From Clostridia bacterium (GTDB lineage: Bacteria; Bacillota; Clostridia; Monoglobales; Monoglobaceae): a stretch of DNA of 41,403 nt. Below, piece after piece: positions 36,824-41,403 of the stretch; positions within the stretch are counted from its first letter, which is position 1, and each line of letters begins with the position of its first letter. The notes beneath the pieces are model-generated. The model did not search any database, was not told where the DNA came from, and was given only the letters and a program-made list of their open reading frames with translations. The position numbers were made by a program, and so were the translations under genes. The DNA is taken from assembly GCA_036308515.1 (NCBI GenBank), contig JAXJVM010000119.1:1-41403 (forward strand), read 5' to 3'.

Positions 36824-38929
36824 TTATTTCTTTTTCTTTGCCGCAGGTTTTCTTACATAATTACACTCCGGATTGAAGCACTTGTAAGTCACCGGGCCTC
36901 TGCGCCGATAAGGCTTCACCTTCATGATAACGCCGCCGCATTCCGGACAAGCCTCCTTGGTGGGTTCATCCCAAGAGATAAAGTCACATTCCGGACTGTT
37001 ATCACAGGTATAAAAGACACTGCCCTTACGGGATTTGCGGATGGCAACCTTGCCGCCGCACTTGGGGCAGGGTACATCCAACTCCTGGGTGATGGCTTTG
37101 GTGTTTCGGCATTCCGGGAATCCCGGACACGCTAAGAACTTCCCGAATTTCCCCTGTTTATAGACCATCATCCGTCCGCATTTTTCGCAGGGAATGTCAG
37201 AAACTTCATCCTGAATCTCGATATTGCCGATTTTCTCCTCCGCCTCTGCAAGGGTCTTGGCAAAGGGCGTATAGAATTCACGGATAATCTGCTTCCACTG
37301 CGTGTCACCGTCTGCTACGGTTTCAATTTTATCCTCCATGTTGGCAGTAAATTCTACGTCAACAATGTCTGAAAAGTTCTCTTTCATCAAATCGGTGACG
37401 ATATAGCCAAGCTCGGTGGGATAAAGGGTCTTACCTTCCCGTGCCACATAACCTCTTGCAGTAATGGTGGCGATGGTGGGTGCATAGGTACTTGGTCTGC
37501 CGATGCCATCCTCTTCCATCGCCTTAACCAGGGATGCCTCAGTATAACGTGCCGGGGGCTGAGTGAAGTGCTGTTCCGGGTCAAGTTCCTTTAAGAGCAG
37601 AGGCTGGCCCTCGGTCAGATTGGGGATCTTCTTGGACTTTTCTTCTTCCTCGTCCTTGCCCTCTACGTACAGGGTCATGAAGCCTGCAAACTTAATCTCC
37701 GAACCGGTTGCCCGTGCCAGATAATCGCCGCAGGTAATGTCTGCGGTAACCGAGTCCAGAACCGCATCGGACATCTGGCTTGCCATAAACCGCAACCAAA
37801 TCAGGCGATAAAGCTTATACAGGTCGGGCTTGAGCTTTTCTTTAAACTTTTCGGGTGTGTTGGCACATACAGTGGGACGAATTGCCTCGTGGGCATCCTG
37901 GGCACTCTTCTTGGCACGATAGTGCTTGGGCGTTTTGGGAACAAACGCCTGCCCGTACTGCTGAGCAATAAAGGCACGTGCCTCATTCTGTGCCACACCG
38001 GAGATACGGAGAGAGTCCGTTCTCATATAGGTAATATAACCCATTTCATAAAGCTGCTGTGCCGCAATCATGGTTCTTCTGGAGGTAAAGTTCAGCTTTC
38101 TAGATGCCTCCTGTTGGAGGGTACTGGTGGTAAAGGGCGGAGCACTCCGACGCTTGGTCTCTTTGCGCACCACGGACTTCACTGTGTAATCTGCCTTTTC
38201 CAGCGCCGAAACTACCTTTTTCACCGTATCTTCGTCCGGAAGTGGCATTTTCTTGCCATTGGCGGTTCCATAGAACTTGGCAACAAAGGGCAGCTTTCCC
38301 TTATCATTGGTCAGCTTTAAATCAATGGTCCAATATTCCTCCGGCTGGAAGGCATCAATCTCACGTTCCCGATCCACAATCAGCCGAACAACCACCGACT
38401 GAACACGGCCGGCACTCAGACCTTTTTTCACCTTTTTCCAAAGGAGCGGGCTAATTTGGTAGCCCACGATACGATCCAGCACCCGTCGGGTCTGCTGGGC
38501 GTCTACAAGATTCATGTCAATGGGACGTGCTTCCTTGACCGCCTCTTTGACCACATCTTTGGTTACTTCGTTAAAGGTAATCCGGCAGTTGCTGTCGGGG
38601 TCAATCCCCAAAACATTTGCCAGATGCCAGGATATTGCTTCGCCCTCACGGTCAGGGTCAGTTGCAAGAAATACTTTATCAGCGGCCTTTGCCTTCTTTT
38701 TTAGTTTGGCAATCAAATCCCCTTTGCCGCGAATGGTAATATATTTGAGATCAAAGTCATGCTCCAGATCTACACCAAGCTGGCTTTTGGGCAAATCACG
38801 GACGTGACCCATGGTTGCTTCAATGGCATAGCCACTGCCAAGGTATTTCTTAATCAGGTCTACCTTGGTGGGTGACTCCACAATCACCAATTTCTTCGCC
38901 GTTGTTTTTGCAGCCTTTTTCTCGGCCAT
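36824..38929 (-). CDS. topA: DNA topoisomerase I
   Basis: LVIVESP, ATDPDREGEAI, SAGRVQS, ITYMRTDS (catalytic Tyr), AHEAIRPT, C-terminal C4 zinc ribbons. Confidence 0.98.
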   Translation of the reverse strand: MAEKKAAKTTAKKLVIVESPTKVDLIKKYLGSGYAIEATMGHVRDLPKSQLGVDLEHDFDLKYITIRGKGDLIAKLKKKAKAADKVFLATDPDREGEAISWHLANVLGIDPDSNCRITFNEVTKDVVKEAVKEARPIDMNLVDAQQTRRVLDRIVGYQISPLLWKKVKKGLSAGRVQSVVVRLIVDREREIDAFQPEEYWTIDLKLTNDKGKLPFVAKFYGTANGKKMPLPDEDTVKKVVSALEKADYTVKSVVRKETKRRSAPPFTTSTLQQEASRKLNFTSRRTMIAAQQLYEMGYITYMRTDSLRISGVAQNEARAFIAQQYGQAFVPKTPKHYRAKKSAQDAHEAIRPTVCANTPEKFKEKLKPDLYKLYRLIWLRFMASQMSDAVLDSVTADITCGDYLARATGSEIKFAGFMTLYVEGKDEEEEKSKKIPNLTEGQPLLLKELDPEQHFTQPPARYTEASLVKAMEEDGIGRPSTYAPTIATITARGYVAREGKTLYPTELGYIVTDLMKENFSDIVDVEFTANMEDKIETVADGDTQWKQIIREFYTPFAKTLAEAEEKIGNIEIQDEVSDIPCEKCGRMMVYKQGKFGKFLACPGFPECRNTKAITQELDVPCPKCGGKVAIRKSRKGSVFYTCDNSPECDFISWDEPTKEACPECGGVIMKVKPYRRRGPVTYKCFNPECNYVRKPAAKKKK

Positions 38930-38958
38930 TCTATCTTCCTCCAGACTTCAATAATTTC

Positions 38959-40206
38959 TCAGGTATTGTTTGTGTCGGTGTACTGAAAGCAATACTGTCC
39001 TCCCGCACTTTGTTGTACTGCCTTCTTCATCTGCAGAATAATCAGCATACTACTAAGGAGTCCGGTCTCTAAACCGCAGTTTTCTGCCAGTTCATCAAAG
39101 GAGACCGTTTCTGCTCTCTGACACAAATATCTTAAAATCGACTCTTCTTCCTTACGGAAGCTACCTTTTTGCAGCATCAGCTCCAGCTGATACATGAGTT
39201 CCTCCGAACCCAGTTTTTCCTCCGGTTTGGGAGGTGTAGGCACTTCCTTGGGCGGATGATTCAATTCCATCACTCTGCCGGTAACCGGCTTTTTCTTTAA
39301 TGACATGCCGTACGCCAGACGTTCTGGATACAAATTGATGTATTCCTCCAGAACATCCAGAGGACCAAGCACTTGCTTTGCGCCATCCCGAATCAGTTCA
39401 TTGGGAAGGGCTGCCGCTTTATTCATAGGATTGCCGGGAACGGCAAAAATATCACGGTTATTTTCTGTAGCAATTCTTGCACTCATAGAGGTTCCACTGC
39501 GCAATTCTCCCTCAACCACAATGGTGCCGTAAGACAAACCAATCACAATACGGTTGCGTTGTTCATAAAACTGCGGCCTACCCCGGGTACCGGGCGGCTG
39601 CTCCGAAAGAATACCGCCATGGTCTAAGATATGCCGATACAAGTCCGTATGTTCCGTAGGGTAGATGACGTCCACGCCGCCTGCCAGAACTGCTAGCGTG
39701 GTTCCACCGACCTCTAGTGCTCCGCAATGTGCCGCGCCGTCAATGCCCTTCGCCATACCGCTGACAACGGTGACTCCGTTTTCCGCCAAGGTGCGACCCA
39801 GCATTTCTGCCGCCTTTTCTCCGTCTTTGGTGGCATCCCGGGTTCCCACCATAGAGATTCCTAGCATCCGGTTGAGATTCGGGAGATTTCCTTTTGCATA
39901 AAGTAGGGTCGGGGCATGGGTGATATTCTTCAGTTGTTGCGGGTACCTTGCATCCTCTTGATCCAGCACCAAAATATCCTGCGTGCGGCAATGTTCCAAA
40001 AGTCGTTTAGCACTTTCCAGGGTTCTGTCCATAGTCAGTACTCTCGCAAGCTTGAGTATTTTATAAAATCCGGCATCAAAGTGATTGGCACGAAAGGCCT
40101 CTTCCGGCGTCTGAAACTTTTCCAGAATCCGGTATACCACCTTGGGATTGTGTCCGCAAGTTTGATTGAGCCAGATGGTATAGAGCAGTCTCTCTTCCTT
40201 CTCCAT
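38959..40206 (-). CDS. dprA: DNA-processing protein DprA
   Basis: VGTRDAT, VSGMAKGIDGAAH, RNRIVIGLS, IFAVPG; dprA-topA-trmFO synteny. Confidence 0.95.
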   Translation of the reverse strand: MEKEERLLYTIWLNQTCGHNPKVVYRILEKFQTPEEAFRANHFDAGFYKILKLARVLTMDRTLESAKRLLEHCRTQDILVLDQEDARYPQQLKNITHAPTLLYAKGNLPNLNRMLGISMVGTRDATKDGEKAAEMLGRTLAENGVTVVSGMAKGIDGAAHCGALEVGGTTLAVLAGGVDVIYPTEHTDLYRHILDHGGILSEQPPGTRGRPQFYEQRNRIVIGLSYGTIVVEGELRSGTSMSARIATENNRDIFAVPGNPMNKAAALPNELIRDGAKQVLGPLDVLEEYINLYPERLAYGMSLKKKPVTGRVMELNHPPKEVPTPPKPEEKLGSEELMYQLELMLQKGSFRKEEESILRYLCQRAETVSFDELAENCGLETGLLSSMLIILQMKKAVQQSAGGQYCFQYTDTNNT

Positions 40207-40218
40207 GGAAACACCCCC

Positions 40219-40998
40219 TTACGGTTTCAGCAGATACATGGAAATCCCTGCCGCAACACCGGCATTCAGAGACTCCACCTGTCCCTCCATGGGAATCCGC
40301 ACTCGTAAATCAGCCAGGGCAAGAACCTCCTTAGAGACGCCGAATGCCTCACTCCCGATGACCAGCGCACGTTTTCCGCGCAGTTTGGCATCCCCAATGG
40401 GAATGGAGTCCTTCAAGGCGGTGGCAGCCACAGAAAATCCCTGTTCCTTCAGCTGCCGCACCATGTCCACCTCTGCCCCAAGGATGCAGGGCACCCGAAA
40501 CAGAGAGCCCATGGTAGCACGAACCACCTTAGGGTTATACAAATCCGCGCAGCCTTTCAGCAAAATCACGCCGTCAACTCCGGCAGCCTCTGCGGTGCGG
40601 ATGATGGTTCCTAAATTTCCCGGCTCGGAAACGCCGTCCAGAATCAGCACAAAGCCCTTATTCGAAAAGTCGATTCCAGTATTTTCGGGCATTTTCAGAA
40701 CCGCACCGATACCCTGAGGTGCCTCGGTGTTGCAAATTTCGCGAAATAAGGTTTCTTTGGCAGTATAAACAGTTTTTCTATTTTCGTCAAGAGTATGGAG
40801 AAAATTTTTATTTTTTTCCGCAAAGGTGTCTGACACAATCAGCAGTTCCACAGATGCATCCGCCCACCGGAGTGCTTCCTCTACCATGCGGACGCCCTCT
40901 GCAAAATAGCGACCGCTTTCCATTCGTCCCTTTTTGCGCTGAAGCGCACGAATGTTCTTTAAGGTCTTATTATCCTTACTGATAATGGGAATCTGCAT
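40219..40998 (-). CDS. TrmH/SpoU-family RNA methyltransferase
   Basis: EPGNLGTIIRTA, VRATMGS, IGSEAFG, ESLNAGVA; start reset to ATG 40998 (MQIPIISKDN). Confidence 0.92.
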   Translation of the reverse strand: MQIPIISKDNKTLKNIRALQRKKGRMESGRYFAEGVRMVEEALRWADASVELLIVSDTFAEKNKNFLHTLDENRKTVYTAKETLFREICNTEAPQGIGAVLKMPENTGIDFSNKGFVLILDGVSEPGNLGTIIRTAEAAGVDGVILLKGCADLYNPKVVRATMGSLFRVPCILGAEVDMVRQLKEQGFSVAATALKDSIPIGDAKLRGKRALVIGSEAFGVSKEVLALADLRVRIPMEGQVESLNAGVAAGISMYLLKP

Positions 40999-41029
40999 AT
41001 CTGTGACACCTTCCGCTATGTATTCTTCT

Positions 41030-41401
41030 TTATTCTTCAAAAACTTGAATCTGTCTGCTTCGTTTGACAAACTTGAGCACCAAATATGCTACCACCGTCT
41101 GGATGGGCAGGAGCAGAAGATTCTTAATAATTCTGGCAGGGAGAATACCCACAAAGCCGCTGCCCACCGTAGGAGCAAGGGCGATGGAATTCAGCAGTAT
41201 ATTCGAGAAAACCAGTACCAAAGTTTTGGCAACCAGCACCCGCCAGAAGGCAATGGGCTTGCGATAGAGCAGCAGTCCGTAAATCATGCCGGAAATCCCT
41301 ACGCACAAGGTATAAGTAGGGATATAGCCGCCCACCGGATTCAGCAAATAGGAAAGTATATCCTGTACCATGCCTGTCATACAGCAGACCAGCGGGCCGA
41401 A
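41030..41401 (-). CDS. folT: Folate-family ECF transporter S component, 5'-truncated by window edge
   Basis: FGP....GMVQDILSYLLNPVGGYIPTYTL...GMIYGLLLY...LLNS...LPARIIKNLLLLP pattern of FolT-like S components. Confidence 0.75.
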   Translation of the reverse strand, partial: FGPLVCCMTGMVQDILSYLLNPVGGYIPTYTLCVGISGMIYGLLLYRKPIAFWRVLVAKTLVLVFSNILLNSIALAPTVGSGFVGILPARIIKNLLLLPIQTVVAYLVLKFVKRSRQIQVFEE

Positions 41402-41403
41402 CA

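Noticed and set aside
1..41403. CRISPR arrays, tRNA/rRNA, riboswitches, IS or phage genes, defence systems
   Set aside because: No regularly spaced repeats or matching motifs seen, and intergenic gaps are short and explained. A THF riboswitch could lie upstream of folT, outside the window.

Overview
Chromosomal segment of an anaerobic Clostridia-type Firmicute, inferred from gene content. The left arm is housekeeping: gmk(partial)-rpoZ-priA-def, convergent with a SCIFF/ranthipeptide locus. That locus has a 50-aa scfA precursor missed by the ORF track, the scfB radical SAM maturase and a linked PLP decarboxylase. The right arm has a multidomain flavodiiron protein, an NSS transporter, a CPA2 antiporter divergent from rnfCDGEAB with Rex-like boxes, and folT(partial)-trmH-like-dprA-topA-trmFO-acyltransferase. 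Between them lies a ~17 kb accessory glycan-utilisation island (6742-23625) of unknown substrate. It encodes a GH94 phosphorylase, a sensor-less double-AraC protein, two paralogous secreted beta-helix proteins (one broken), an SLH protein with a CBM-like tail, a PhnP-like hydrolase, an AraC activator, an FAD oxidoreductase with an in-frame TAG, an orphan solute-binding lipoprotein and a SASA esterase. The island's two main operons share a duplicated ~240-bp promoter region with 21-bp-phased GTCC repeats. Three separate gene lesions suggest ongoing decay. No rRNA, tRNA, CRISPR array, transposase or integrase was seen. Product calls come from motif recognition by eye; no database searches were run.
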